Part shown: positions 47,808 through 57,788 of the stretch, piece by piece
How the letters are laid out: each line of letters opens with the position of its first letter
Position numbering within the stretch: the stretch's first letter is position 1
NCBI GenBank assembly: GCA_037137395.1
Contig: JBAXKK010000001.1
Coordinates: forward strand, 64,001 to 128,000
Origin: Elusimicrobiota bacterium
GTDB lineage: Bacteria > Elusimicrobiota > Elusimicrobia > Elusimicrobiales > UBA9959
Length of the DNA: 64,000 bases
Reading direction: 5' to 3'
Made by a program: the position numbers and the translations under genes
The notes under the pieces: model-generated
Databases searched by the model: none
What the model was told of the DNA's origin: nothing
What the model saw: the letters and a program-made list of their open reading frames with translations, nothing else

Positions 47808-49976
47808 TTAGTTCAGCGTCTGAAGGGAGTGCGTAGCGGCGGTTGTCGCCGCCGGCCGCCGGGTTTCCCGCGCCGCCGCGGACTTTTTTTTAACATATTT
47901 AATTTTTTTAATTTTTGTGCCGGGAAAATAGAACTCAATTATTTCGCGGTAGCTCTTTCCGTATTTTCCGGCCAGCCCCGCCGCGCCCGACTGACACATT
48001 CCGATGCCGTGACCCCAGCCCCCGCCGTAGATCCAGTAGTTCCGCACCTTCCCGTTTTTGAAACGGTTCACCTCTATGAAAAACAAAGTGCTCTTTATGG
48101 AACTGAAGCCCAGAATATTTCGGATGAGATGTTCGCGCTCAACGGTGACGGTTTTTTTAGAGCCTACCATCTTCAGGGAATTAACATTTCCCGACGGGCT
48201 GCGTTTAATGGCGATCAGGTCCAGCAGCGTCCCGATATTGTAGCTCTTGTTTATTCGGAACTCTATATCTTTCTGCTTAATGATGCGCACCCAGCGGAAT
48301 TCGGCGGCGCGCACCCGGCCCGGATAATTGCAGTTGGCCGGCGGATCTCCGGTTATCCACTGGTGAAACTTCCAGGGGGAGTCTATCGGTTTGGCAATAT
48401 CAGGCGGCAGATCCTGGTGAGTGGTGAGATAAGGGGAGTCGCCCCAGCCCGTCACCTCCGACGAGGCCTGGATGTAACCGCCGCAATTGGAGTGATAGAA
48501 AGTGTAGGCGGGTTTGGCGTGATAAGTGAGGAGCTCTCCTTCCGTCTCAAGCACCGCCCTGTCGGTAGTGTTGGCCTCGGTCATAACGCCCTTGTACGCC
48601 TGGCAATGCTGTCCGTCGCACATGTGGTACCCGTCAGCCTTGTGCGTGCCGCCTCTGGCGCGGCGTATAATGGCCTGCGTGCGGGCCAGGACCGCCTGAG
48701 CCTTCAGCGACTCGTAAGGCCACTGAGCCGCGACCTCGCTCGGGACCACGCCCAGCAGGTAGACCTCCATGTCCACGATATTCACTATACCCAGGCCGCG
48801 TCCGGGTATGGGGTAGATTTCCATTAAGCCGCGGTATTCCCGGTCTGAATACCTGACCCAGGGATTCTGGGCGGTCCTGACGTTTTCAAAAATTATGGTG
48901 CCGCGCTTCAGGTTTCCGGACCTGATGATCAGCGCCTCGCTGAAGCTGCCAAAGGCCGCTCCGTTTGAATCCGTCAGCGCCAGCTTCCCGTTTTTAAATA
49001 CAGCTGTCCAGATCTCGTCGGGAGGAATCCTCGCGTGAACTTTCCCGCTGGCCTTGCTCCGTATTATCAGGCCTTCGTACGATTTAAATTTCAGGATATT
49101 ATTTCTGCCCTGCCTGCCGGTATTGCCGGTGCCTATACCCACGCGAACCGTGACCGCGCTGGTGAGCTCGTCTAAAACTGGGACCGGCGCCATTTTCAGC
49201 GGCTTCACGATCCGGAAAGGAGGCCGTATCTCTTCTGGCTGTTTTGAAAGTTTGCCTTCCAGCACTTTCATCATTTTGGAGGCGAGGGGGTGGTTGGGGG
49301 CGTAGTCCAGAACGCGGTAATACTGGTTCCACGCCTCGTTAAACTTGCCTTCCCGGGTGTAGATGCCGGCCAGCGGCAGGCGCGCCTCTGTAAAAGAGGC
49401 ATCTTTGCGCAGGGCTTCTATAAGGCTTTCCTGAGCCTCTTTATACATCTTAAAATTCATGTAATTCCAGGCCATGACATAATCCACTCCGGCGAAATCC
49501 GGGCGCAGCTTCCGGTAGCGGTCCAGGTACTCAAGAGTTTTTTCTTTATCTCCGAGATTGGAATAGACGCTGGTAAGGCCCAGGATGCCGCGGACATGCA
49601 GCGGCTGGATGCGCAAAGCCCGCTCAAAACAGGCCTTGGCTCCCTCGTAATCGGCCTGATGGAATTTGAGCCAGCCCAGTTCCGAGAGAATATCGCTTTG
49701 GTAGGGATCGAGCCGCAGAGCTTGTTCAAGCGCGGCGGTGCCGGCGGCGTAGCGGCCCAACTGCTTATATACCATGGCCGCGTCCATGAGGGGTTCGATG
49801 GTCCCGGTTGGTGCCGCGGCCAGTTCCATGTAGGCGGATGCCGACTTTGACAGGTTGCCGTCAAGGTAAAGCCGGTATGCCTGCGAGGCGTCTGCGGCCG
49901 CAACGCTGCCGGGAAAAAGGCAGAGCGCAAGAAGCAGGCCGGAGAACATTGAAACCCGGTAAATTGTTTTTTTCAT
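47808..49976 (-). CDS. TPR plus SpoIID/LytB-domain lytic transglycosylase-like protein
   Basis: Signal peptide, TPRs, YLLGVVPSEV, LKAQAVLART, CQAY and GWGHGIGMCQ.GA. Confidence 0.9.
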   Translation of the reverse strand: MKKTIYRVSMFSGLLLALCLFPGSVAAADASQAYRLYLDGNLSKSASAYMELAAAPTGTIEPLMDAAMVYKQLGRYAAGTAALEQALRLDPYQSDILSELGWLKFHQADYEGAKACFERALRIQPLHVRGILGLTSVYSNLGDKEKTLEYLDRYRKLRPDFAGVDYVMAWNYMNFKMYKEAQESLIEALRKDASFTEARLPLAGIYTREGKFNEAWNQYYRVLDYAPNHPLASKMMKVLEGKLSKQPEEIRPPFRIVKPLKMAPVPVLDELTSAVTVRVGIGTGNTGRQGRNNILKFKSYEGLIIRSKASGKVHARIPPDEIWTAVFKNGKLALTDSNGAAFGSFSEALIIRSGNLKRGTIIFENVRTAQNPWVRYSDREYRGLMEIYPIPGRGLGIVNIVDMEVYLLGVVPSEVAAQWPYESLKAQAVLARTQAIIRRARGGTHKADGYHMCDGQHCQAYKGVMTEANTTDRAVLETEGELLTYHAKPAYTFYHSNCGGYIQASSEVTGWGDSPYLTTHQDLPPDIAKPIDSPWKFHQWITGDPPANCNYPGRVRAAEFRWVRIIKQKDIEFRINKSYNIGTLLDLIAIKRSPSGNVNSLKMVGSKKTVTVEREHLIRNILGFSSIKSTLFFIEVNRFKNGKVRNYWIYGGGWGHGIGMCQSGAAGLAGKYGKSYREIIEFYFPGTKIKKIKYVKKKSAAARETRRPAATTAATHSLQTLN

Positions 49977-50057
49977 CTGGGGCCGGTAAAATTATAGAAT
50001 CTATTTTATATCGTATGAAATTATAGGGCGCTGAACAAAAAAATATAAAGGAGCGGA

Positions 50058-50618
50058 ATGGATATTGCTGACGCCGAGCTGGTAAAAGCCTTCAAAGAAG
50101 GCGACGCCGGTGCTTTGGACGAATTGATAAGCAGGTACAAAGACCGGCTTTACGCCTATATCCTCAGGCTTTCACGCGACCGCGACGCGGCCGACGACCT
50201 GCTTCAGGAAGTTTTTATTAAGGTAATAAAGAAAATTAATTCCTACGGAGAGCGTGAAAAGTTCTCCGCCTGGCTGTTCACCGTGGCCCATCACGCGGCA
50301 ATGGATCATTTTCGCTCCGGTTCCCGCCGGCATGAAGAATCGCTGGACGCGGCCGGAGAGGGCGGGGTCCCGCTGGCGGATATGCTGGCTTCCCCTGAAC
50401 CGGGGCCGGATAAACTCCTTGAGGAAGGTGAGCGCGCCGCCGCGCTTCAGGCTGCGTTTGATCATCTTTCCGCTGAACAGCGCGAGATCTTCCTGATGCG
50501 ACATTATTCCGGCCTGTCATTTAAGGAGATAGCTGATATTCTGGGAGTGCCTATCGGCACCGTTCTGGCCCGCATGTCGCGAGCGATGGCTAAAGTGCGG
50601 TCGGAACTGAAAGACTGA
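50058..50618 (+). CDS. ECF RNA polymerase sigma factor
   Basis: DAELV, DLLQEVF, FSAWLFTVAHH and LSFKEIA...PIGTV..R..RA. Confidence 0.93.
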   Translation: MDIADAELVKAFKEGDAGALDELISRYKDRLYAYILRLSRDRDAADDLLQEVFIKVIKKINSYGEREKFSAWLFTVAHHAAMDHFRSGSRRHEESLDAAGEGGVPLADMLASPEPGPDKLLEEGERAAALQAAFDHLSAEQREIFLMRHYSGLSFKEIADILGVPIGTVLARMSRAMAKVRSELKD

Positions 50619-50662
50619 GAGCGGAGGACAGACAGATAAGGAAATGTTTTCTCGGCTATTGA

Positions 50663-50693
50663 TGCAATAAAAACCGGCCCTGCCGCGTTATAC
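50663..50693 (+). promoter_or_regulatory. Putative ECF-sigma promoter
   Basis: TGCAAT-N17-CGTTA resembles ECF -35 AAC/AAT and -10 CGT elements. Confidence 0.4.
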
Positions 50694-50712
50694 TAGTGAG
50701 AAGGTAAATGTT

Positions 50713-51186
50713 ATGAACTGCGGATATAAAGAAAAGACCATACTCTACTTCTACGGAGAACTGTCAGGATCCGCCGCGGAGCTTGAGGCTCATCTGGCCG
50801 GTTGCGCCGAATGCGCGGCTGATTTGGCCGTGCTCAAAAACCTTTCGGCGGATTTCTCGGCTTTCAAGCCTGAGGCTCCCGCGCTTAGGGCCTTTGAGTT
50901 GGTTCAGGCCGCGCGCGGCGCGCCGTTGGCAGAGCGGTTTATGGCCGGGTTCAGGCGCCTGTCCCTGGCCGGGGCAGTCACCGCGGCGTTCCTGCTGGCG
51001 TTCCAGGCCCTGGCGCCAAGGGGCGGAGGCGTCGGCCTGGGCGATATGGAATCGCGGTTGGACACTATGGAATATGGTATTTACAACCTGCAGGACGACA
51101 TCGTTTATTCTTCTTCGGCGGATTTTGATTACGGCTATGCTGACATAGAGAATCAAAAAGAGCAGGCGGCTGAAAAAGCCGCCTAA
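50713..51186 (+). CDS. Zinc-binding (zf-HC2/ZAS) anti-sigma factor
   Basis: HLAGCAEC (HxxxCxxC); one TM; follows the ECF sigma gene. Confidence 0.85.
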   Translation: MNCGYKEKTILYFYGELSGSAAELEAHLAGCAECAADLAVLKNLSADFSAFKPEAPALRAFELVQAARGAPLAERFMAGFRRLSLAGAVTAAFLLAFQALAPRGGGVGLGDMESRLDTMEYGIYNLQDDIVYSSSADFDYGYADIENQKEQAAEKAA

Positions 51187-51217
51187 AGGCTGATGACGCA
51201 ATAATAAGGGAGGCTAT

Positions 51218-51916
51218 ATGAAAAAGAAACTGATAACTCTGTTCGGGACACTGGCGCTGGCGGTGATGCCGGCCATATACGCGGCCGCGCAGGATATGGA
51301 TGAGCCCAGGGACATTGGCGAGGCGCCAGGCTGGCATGGCCAGTCAGAGCAGCCCGGAGGTAAGGGCGCGATAGATGAGGCGCGGGGGAAGGAAAAGCAG
51401 CGGATTGATGGCATGAATGAGATGAGGGAGATGAAGGGGGCCAGGGAGCGCGGGGGCGGCCTCGGGTTAATATCGGAAGACGCAACCATAGCCGTGATTA
51501 AAAAACACGACGCTGGCTTCGCCGAGAAACTGGCCGGTTTCAAAACCGCGGCTCCGGGTAAATATAAGATGCTGCTTATGATGGGCGGCAAGATGCTCTC
51601 CGGCGCTAGGTTTGAGGCTGACGCGAATATGGAGCGTGACGCTGTCAGGGAATTATCGCTTGAATTCGCCACAAAAGAGCTGGGGCTGAAATACGATAAA
51701 GCCACGGACTCCGAAAAACCGGCCATCAAAGCGGAGCTTAGAACCAAGGTTTCAGAGCTCTTTGACCTGCGCCTGAAGGGTCAGGAGATAAGGATAGGCC
51801 GGATGGAGAAGGACCTGGCCAAACTTAAGAAGAACCTTGAAAACAGAAAAGCCAATAAGGCCAAGATCGTGGATGAGCGGCTCAGCCAGATGACCGGAGA
51901 GGGCTACGGTTGGTAG
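51218..51916 (+). CDS. Periplasmic helical protein (possible Spy/CpxP/ZraP-like)
   Basis: GGGAGG RBS; signal peptide; Met/Gly-rich linker; coiled-coil C-terminus. Confidence 0.6.
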   Translation: MKKKLITLFGTLALAVMPAIYAAAQDMDEPRDIGEAPGWHGQSEQPGGKGAIDEARGKEKQRIDGMNEMREMKGARERGGGLGLISEDATIAVIKKHDAGFAEKLAGFKTAAPGKYKMLLMMGGKMLSGARFEADANMERDAVRELSLEFATKELGLKYDKATDSEKPAIKAELRTKVSELFDLRLKGQEIRIGRMEKDLAKLKKNLENRKANKAKIVDERLSQMTGEGYGW

Positions 51917-51949
51917 AAAAGACAGGGTTTAGGGGTGAGGGTACAGGGG

Positions 51950-51992
51950 AAAGAAAAAGTCCCGCGGAATTATTCCGCGGGACTTTTTCTTT
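51950..51992. terminator. Bidirectional terminator (perfect 21-bp inverted repeat)
   Basis: AAAGAAAAAGTCCCGCGGAAT-T-ATTCCGCGGGACTTTTTCTTT between convergent genes. Confidence 0.9.
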
Positions 51993-52011
51993 GATTATTT
52001 GTCCAATCTTT

Positions 52012-53223
52012 TTATTTTCCGGCGAGTTTGGCCGCGTCTATCATTCCCGCGCCCTCTTCGGTCGGCTTCATGCCGAGGCTTGAGGCGGCTTTATTAAGGG
52101 CCGCTCTTACTTTTGCCGGGGTGTTCGCGCCGCCGGCTACAGCGATCACCGCCAGGCCCGCCACATGGGGGGAAGCCATGGAGGTTCCGGACGCTGTTTT
52201 GTAGGCGGAGCCCTTATAGGTTGAGGGGACATCCACTCCGGGAGCTATAAAAGCTATTTCAGCGCCTCTGGAGGAGAAATAAGCCAATTTGTCCATGGAG
52301 TCGGACGCCGATACCGCTATGGCCTGAGGATACTTGGCCGGGTAGTTGACCGGTCCTGAGTCGTTGCCAGCCGCGCAGACTATGGTCACGCCCGCTTTAT
52401 CCGCCGCTTCCATGACTTTTTGGAGAGCGGGTGTGCCGGATCCGCCGCCCAGGCTCATGTTGATGACCTGCATTTTATTATTCACGGCCCACTGTATGCC
52501 ATCTACGATATTGGAGTACGAGCCCGAACCGTTGGCGTCAAGAACTTTTACCGCGTAAAGCTGGACTCTGGGGGCGATACCTACTACGCCTTTCGCGTCC
52601 CTTACGGCCGCGATGGTGCCGGACACATGCGTGCCGTGGCCCTGGTCGTCAAGAGGGGTCTTCGTGGAAACTATGGCGTTGTAGCCGCCGGCATAAACGG
52701 CTTTAAGGTCGGGGTGATTATAGTCTATCCCGGTGTCGATCACTGCCACCTTTACGCCTTCGCCCATGGTTGTGTTCCAGACGCCGGGAGCGTTGACCCG
52801 TTTAACGCCCCAGGGAATCTCGGTTTCCTCGGGCGTGAGCGCCGGCTTAGCCGGGATCTGGAGAGATTCCTGCGTCTCCACTCCTTCATTTTTTATGCTG
52901 CTGAGTCCGTCCGTCACATAGGAAAGGGGGAGGGCCGCGGGGGTCTCCTCTATCCACTTCAGGTAGAGGTCTTCTTCAACACCGGTGACGCCTTTCAGTG
53001 ATTTGATGTCAGCGTCTGTTACATTGTCGGCGAAGACGGCGACGACCGCTTCTATGATGCGTAAATCCTTGGTTACTCTGCCGCCCATCCGCTCTATGCC
53101 GACGATTCTGTCCGCCGCTTTAAAGGAAGAATCAAAAGTTACTATCTTCTGACTGGCGGAAGCGTAGGCCGCGCCTGAGATAAGCAACGCCGCCGCTAAA
53201 CCTAATATTTTAGTCCGATTCAT
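52012..53223 (-). CDS. Secreted subtilisin-family (S8) serine peptidase
   Basis: VIDTGID, HGTHVSG and GTSMASPHVAG; signal peptide and propeptide. Confidence 0.95.
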   Translation of the reverse strand: MNRTKILGLAAALLISGAAYASASQKIVTFDSSFKAADRIVGIERMGGRVTKDLRIIEAVVAVFADNVTDADIKSLKGVTGVEEDLYLKWIEETPAALPLSYVTDGLSSIKNEGVETQESLQIPAKPALTPEETEIPWGVKRVNAPGVWNTTMGEGVKVAVIDTGIDYNHPDLKAVYAGGYNAIVSTKTPLDDQGHGTHVSGTIAAVRDAKGVVGIAPRVQLYAVKVLDANGSGSYSNIVDGIQWAVNNKMQVINMSLGGGSGTPALQKVMEAADKAGVTIVCAAGNDSGPVNYPAKYPQAIAVSASDSMDKLAYFSSRGAEIAFIAPGVDVPSTYKGSAYKTASGTSMASPHVAGLAVIAVAGGANTPAKVRAALNKAASSLGMKPTEEGAGMIDAAKLAGK

Positions 53224-53311
53224 TTACTGCCTCCTGTAACTTATGCTAAAGCGCTGAAGTCGTGAAGCGTAGCGAATAAAAAACTCAGCCCTAGCCTTAT
53301 AGTATAAGCCC

Positions 53312-53341
53312 AATATAGGAATTTTATTTGATAATTGTCAA
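53312..53341 (-). promoter_or_regulatory. Sigma70-type promoter for the S8 peptidase
   Basis: TTGACA-N18-TATATT on the minus strand. Confidence 0.55.
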
Positions 53342-53366
53342 CCAAAATAAAACCGCGCAGCGGATA

Positions 53367-54623
53367 TCAGGAAACACTCTGAGGTTCCACTAGGTCCGCT
53401 ATGCCTACCTGGCTGGAATGTTCAGTTCTTCCCCATACCGCGTCGCGGCGAAGCAGTCCGCCGAAAAGAACAGGGAACCGTAAAACGCCCAGCACCGGCG
53501 TCAGGAAGTATCCGATGTATAAATTGAAATTAGCCCGCTCTACCGCCAATGCCGGAACAGGGTAAAAAAACAGCGGCAGCATCGCCAGGAATTTCTCTCC
53601 GAAGTTGGCTCCGGGCAGCTTGTGGTAAAGCCAAAAATAAAAAATAAAAGGATCCGTGGTCAGGAGAAGAAGGACGCTGGTGAAAATTATCATCGCGATC
53701 AGCTTATAAACGCCGCCGCAGTAAAGCACCCCTTCAAAAGCTTTAAGATCCCGGTGTTTCAGCATTCTCGTCAGCAAGCCGTTGAAATGCCGCTTGGCGA
53801 CGACCATTGAGCCCCGTGTCCAGCGGATGTTCCTTTTCAGGTATTGCCTTATGGTGACGGGCTCCTCGTTGTAGACCACGGCGCCCTCCGCCCAGGTTAT
53901 GCGAACCCCGTGGCGTATAAGGCGCATTTGCATTTCGATATCTTCAGTAAGGCAGGTCTCGTCCCAGGAAAAATTCTCGGTGATGCGTTTTGAAAAACAC
54001 ATGCCTTTGCCGTGCAGCGTCGCTGATAGGCCGCTCATATATTTAGGGATCTGCAGCAGTCTGTTCATTAAAATCTGGCTGGAGGAAAGTATTATTGAGA
54101 GCCAGACATCCTCGTTCTTTGTAAGCTGTCGGCCCTGAATCGCCTCTTCACCCATGGAGAGGTGGTCGTTCATCACGTTCAGGAAATCGGGATGCGCCAG
54201 CGAATCGGCGTCAAAGTAGCAGAAACCGTCATAGCATCCGTTCTTCAGTATTTCGGCCACCGCCCACTTTAACGCGCGGCCCTTGCCGGCCCTCCTGCCG
54301 GGCCCGGAATGGTTCAGGATGCAGGCGCCCAGCCCCTGAGCTATCTCTTCGGTGGCGTCCGTGCAGTGGTCGGTGACTACGAACACGTCAAAAAGCTCAC
54401 GCGGATAGTTTATCTTAAGGAGGCTCTCGGTTGAAAATCTGATTACTTTTTCCTCATTGTAAGCGGGTAGAATAAGGGCGAAACGGAGTTTTTTTGACGC
54501 TCGCAGCGGCGGGGTTGGGACGCCGCGGAAACCGCGCAAGCTTAGGAACGCGTAAAAAATGCCGATCAAAAAAAACAGGATTTGGGCCGAATTTGAAACA
54601 AAAGAAAGGGATGTCTGCCACAT
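53367..54623 (-). CDS. GT2 processive-type (cellulose-synthase-like) membrane glycosyltransferase
   Basis: PAYNEE, FDADS, TED and a RxxRW variant (RNIRW) of QxxRW. Confidence 0.88.
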   Translation of the reverse strand: MWQTSLSFVSNSAQILFFLIGIFYAFLSLRGFRGVPTPPLRASKKLRFALILPAYNEEKVIRFSTESLLKINYPRELFDVFVVTDHCTDATEEIAQGLGACILNHSGPGRRAGKGRALKWAVAEILKNGCYDGFCYFDADSLAHPDFLNVMNDHLSMGEEAIQGRQLTKNEDVWLSIILSSSQILMNRLLQIPKYMSGLSATLHGKGMCFSKRITENFSWDETCLTEDIEMQMRLIRHGVRITWAEGAVVYNEEPVTIRQYLKRNIRWTRGSMVVAKRHFNGLLTRMLKHRDLKAFEGVLYCGGVYKLIAMIIFTSVLLLLTTDPFIFYFWLYHKLPGANFGEKFLAMLPLFFYPVPALAVERANFNLYIGYFLTPVLGVLRFPVLFGGLLRRDAVWGRTEHSSQVGIADLVEPQSVS

Positions 54624-54778
54624 AGTAAATCTGCTCCCCGCTATGTATAGGATTTAATTATTATAACATAAAACCGGAATGGGCCCGGTTACCGGTAAAC
54701 GTCGCGCCCGGGCCCCGGTTTTCCTGCCCCGGTAGCGTCAAGACTTGTGTGTGTGTTGACAATGTAGGGTTTGCGGGT

Positions 54779-54930
54779 CCTGTCAGGGGCCCGGAACGCG
54801 GAACCGGCGTCGCGCACTTCCGTTGCGGGCCCAGTGTCGCAAAAGCTCCACCCAGCCTCCGCGCTCCGTATGCTCGGCTTCCGGACGGTTCCGCTTATCC
54901 GGTTCCCCTGCCACCCACTCCACCGGCATC
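54779..54930 (+). repeat. Structured non-coding repeat, copy C (shorter, diverged)
   Basis: Shares GTTTGCGGG..TGTC.GGGG.C.GGAACGCG.AACC, GCACTTCCG, CCCAGTGTCGCA, GCTCCACCC and the 3' closing stems with copies A and B. Confidence 0.7.
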
Positions 54931-55056
54931 GCCAGAGGTTTATCCTTTCAAATCATACTTTGCCTGCCCGCGTTCCGTTGACAGGGGCAGGCTCATATCG
55001 CTATATTATCAGTGCGCTTGCTATTTGGCGAAATTGAAAATGCCGGGTAAAAAGCG

Positions 55057-55929
55057 GTGAGTCCCGAAAAGCGCGCAGGAACATACCGACCAGGGGGGAA
55101 TTTGCTAAGGAAAACAATAAGCGTTATTATCCCGACCCGCAATCAGGCGGAAAAAATAGGGGAAACTATCGATCACATTAAGGCTGAGTCTCAAAAGCTC
55201 AGGAATTTCAATATTGAAATAGTTTTTGTGAACGATCGTTCCACTGATAATTCGGTTGGGATCGCCGCGGAGCGGTTAAAAGATTACCCCGATTATCAAA
55301 TTTTAAATACTGACGAAAAGTGTGTCGGAAACGGGAAGGGTCTGGCCGTAGAGCTGGGGATGGCTAAAGCGCGCGGAGACTTCCGGATTTTTATGGATGC
55401 CGATAATTCAACCAGGTTTGAAGAGGTTGAAAAACTGCTTCCGTTCTTGGACAACTACGATATTGTGCTGGGGACCAGATACTCTGACGAGGCGGTCATT
55501 CCTTCCGGAAACTGGTTTAAGTCATTTTGGCTTGCGGTGGGGGATGTTGTTGAGGTTGTAATTTACGGCCACGCCCTTCGTTACACCGCGAAAATGAAAC
55601 AGGGCCGCTTCAGAGCGCTGGTTTCCCGCGGCGGAAACCTGGCTTTCACGGTTCTTCTGGGTCAAAGCTTCACCGACAGCCGTTGCGGCTTTAAGATGTG
55701 TTCAAAAGAAGCCGCGGAGAAGATTTTTCCTAAGTGCCGGATAAAAACCTGGGATTTTGATTCGGAAGTTTTGGTTCTGGCGAAGATTTTCGGGTTTTCC
55801 ATGATTGAGGTTCCGGTGGTCTGGTATGATGACGCCGGCGCTTCCAATTTTAAGATCAGTGATATGATGAGTTCATTCAAGGCTATTTTTTTGATCCGGT
55901 GGAATCAGTTAACCGGAAAGTATAAATAA
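55057..55929 (+). CDS. GT2 polyprenol-phosphate glycosyltransferase (ALG5/DPG-synthase-like)
   Basis: VNDRSTD, GKG.AV..G, FMDADNST, DSRCGFK and WDFDSE; start uncertain. Confidence 0.85.
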   Translation: MSPEKRAGTYRPGGNLLRKTISVIIPTRNQAEKIGETIDHIKAESQKLRNFNIEIVFVNDRSTDNSVGIAAERLKDYPDYQILNTDEKCVGNGKGLAVELGMAKARGDFRIFMDADNSTRFEEVEKLLPFLDNYDIVLGTRYSDEAVIPSGNWFKSFWLAVGDVVEVVIYGHALRYTAKMKQGRFRALVSRGGNLAFTVLLGQSFTDSRCGFKMCSKEAAEKIFPKCRIKTWDFDSEVLVLAKIFGFSMIEVPVVWYDDAGASNFKISDMMSSFKAIFLIRWNQLTGKYK

Positions 55930-55953
55930 GAATCTGCCGGGCCGGGAGCGGAA

Positions 55954-57735
55954 ATGTTCGGATTTATCAGTAAGAATCGGATTAGGCTGAGTGTCGCGGC
56001 TATCCTTATCGTGATGGCCGGATTAATGTTTTTTTCATCCAAAGGCGATTCTAATATCGTTGACGAGGCGGCGCATATTCCTTCCGGCTTTTCATATGTA
56101 ACCCGCGGCGACTATCGGCTTAATCCCGAGCATCCGCCGCTCATTAAAGATCTGGCGGCCCTGCCGCTTTTGGCGATCGGAGTGAAATTCCCTTACGCCT
56201 ATTGGCAGGCTAATGATCCGGTGGTCAACAACCAGTGGGAGATAGGCTGGAGATTTTTATATCAACTGGGCAACGATCCCGACCAGCTTAATATCCTGGC
56301 CCGCGTTCCGGTCATGTCCATTTCGCTCATGTTAGGCTATTTTGTTTTTTTGTGGTCCCGGAAGCTTTATGGCGATAAGGCGGGGATTTTAGCCCTGACG
56401 CTCTACGCGTTTAATACGGCGATCATCGCTCACTCGCGATTTGTCACTACGGATCTAGGGGTGTCATTCGCCTTTTTTGTGAATATGATGGCGCTCTATT
56501 ACTATCTTCAGCAACCGGGCTGGAAAAGACTTCTGGGGACGGGGCTGACCTTCGGGCTCGTTCTTGTCACAAAATTTTCGGCCGCTGTTTGCCTGCCGGT
56601 TTATTTCCTTGTTTTAATTATGCTTGTTTTCAGGGAGCGCGGACAAAAGCCGGAGACCTTCCTTCAGGAGATAAACGGGCCGGACAGACGGAAAAGGTTT
56701 TTCGCGGGCGTTTTTAGCTTCGCGATTATTTGTTTCGCGGGCGTAATAGTCGCCTGGATATTTTATTTCCCGCACACAATTAATATGCCTGCTGAGGTTC
56801 AGCGTGAGCTTATACGCCAATCTTTGCCGAATGAGGGGGTTTTAGCTAAATTTTTGCCTCTGCTTTCCGGCAATGTTTTCACCCGCCCTTTGGCCCAATA
56901 TATTCTCGGGTTCGCCATGGTCACCGCGCGCGTGTCAGGCGGGCATGACGCGTATTTGCTGGGCATGGTGTCAAACCAAGGGTGGTGGTATTATTATCCG
57001 GTCGCGCTGGCTTTGAAAACCCAGATCGGATTATTTGTTTTATTTCTGCTGACAGCGGCGTTCTGGAAGAGAACAAATCACAAAGAGTGGTTTACGGAAT
57101 GGTATTTCTGGACCTTGCCGGCCGCGCTGATGTATATCGGCATGAACGGGAAGTTGAACCTGGGTGTCCGCTATATGCTCCCGATTTACGCTTTCGCTAT
57201 AGTTTATGTTTCAAAAACGGCAAGCATGCTGGACTTTACCGCGGCGCGGATGCTTTGGAATAAAAAAGTCAATCCTTCCTCAGGGGCGTCGCTTTTGGCT
57301 TCGCTTCTGGTCGCCGTGTCGGTTGTCTGGTATGTGGCGGCCGGCATTTTTAGCTATCCGTATTACCTGTCCTACTATAACGAATTCGTCGGCGGGTATA
57401 AGAATGGTTACAAGTATCTTACCGACTCAAATACCGACTGGGGGCAGGACCTGAAAAGGCTTGCCGCGCGGGTTGAAGCGCTTGGAATAAAAAAAATATA
57501 TATTGATGTGTTCCCGGGTGTGCCGCCGGCGAAATATTATATTGGAGATAGCATGCTTGAATGGCATGTTCAGAACGGCCGGCCCCCGGAGGGCAGCTAT
57601 CTGGCGGTTTCCGCCAACTTCTATCAGAATTCCCGGCTCAAAAAAACCCCCGAAAATCCTCTGGACTATTCATGGCTGGATAAACTTATTCCGATAGAAA
57701 ACGTCGGCGGGTCAATTCTGATCTACAAGCTATAA
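55954..57735 (+). CDS. ArnT/PMT-like GT-C glycosyltransferase
   Basis: DE after TM1, NPEHPPL, VTTD, TKFS, RY and DSNTDWGQD. Confidence 0.85.
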   Translation: MFGFISKNRIRLSVAAILIVMAGLMFFSSKGDSNIVDEAAHIPSGFSYVTRGDYRLNPEHPPLIKDLAALPLLAIGVKFPYAYWQANDPVVNNQWEIGWRFLYQLGNDPDQLNILARVPVMSISLMLGYFVFLWSRKLYGDKAGILALTLYAFNTAIIAHSRFVTTDLGVSFAFFVNMMALYYYLQQPGWKRLLGTGLTFGLVLVTKFSAAVCLPVYFLVLIMLVFRERGQKPETFLQEINGPDRRKRFFAGVFSFAIICFAGVIVAWIFYFPHTINMPAEVQRELIRQSLPNEGVLAKFLPLLSGNVFTRPLAQYILGFAMVTARVSGGHDAYLLGMVSNQGWWYYYPVALALKTQIGLFVLFLLTAAFWKRTNHKEWFTEWYFWTLPAALMYIGMNGKLNLGVRYMLPIYAFAIVYVSKTASMLDFTAARMLWNKKVNPSSGASLLASLLVAVSVVWYVAAGIFSYPYYLSYYNEFVGGYKNGYKYLTDSNTDWGQDLKRLAARVEALGIKKIYIDVFPGVPPAKYYIGDSMLEWHVQNGRPPEGSYLAVSANFYQNSRLKKTPENPLDYSWLDKLIPIENVGGSILIYKL

Positions 57736-57788
57736 AATATAAATAAAAACACGGAAACTTCGCTAAATTTGCGAAAACGTTCCGTGGT

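Noticed and set aside
47739..48827. 362-aa plus-strand ORF
   Set aside because: It is an antisense shadow of the SpoIID gene, starts at a terminator and has no recognisable motifs.
54733..54756. IS256-like terminal sequence (AGCGTCAAGACTTGTGTG) before repeat copy C
   Set aside because: No convincing partner inverted repeat or target duplication on the right side.
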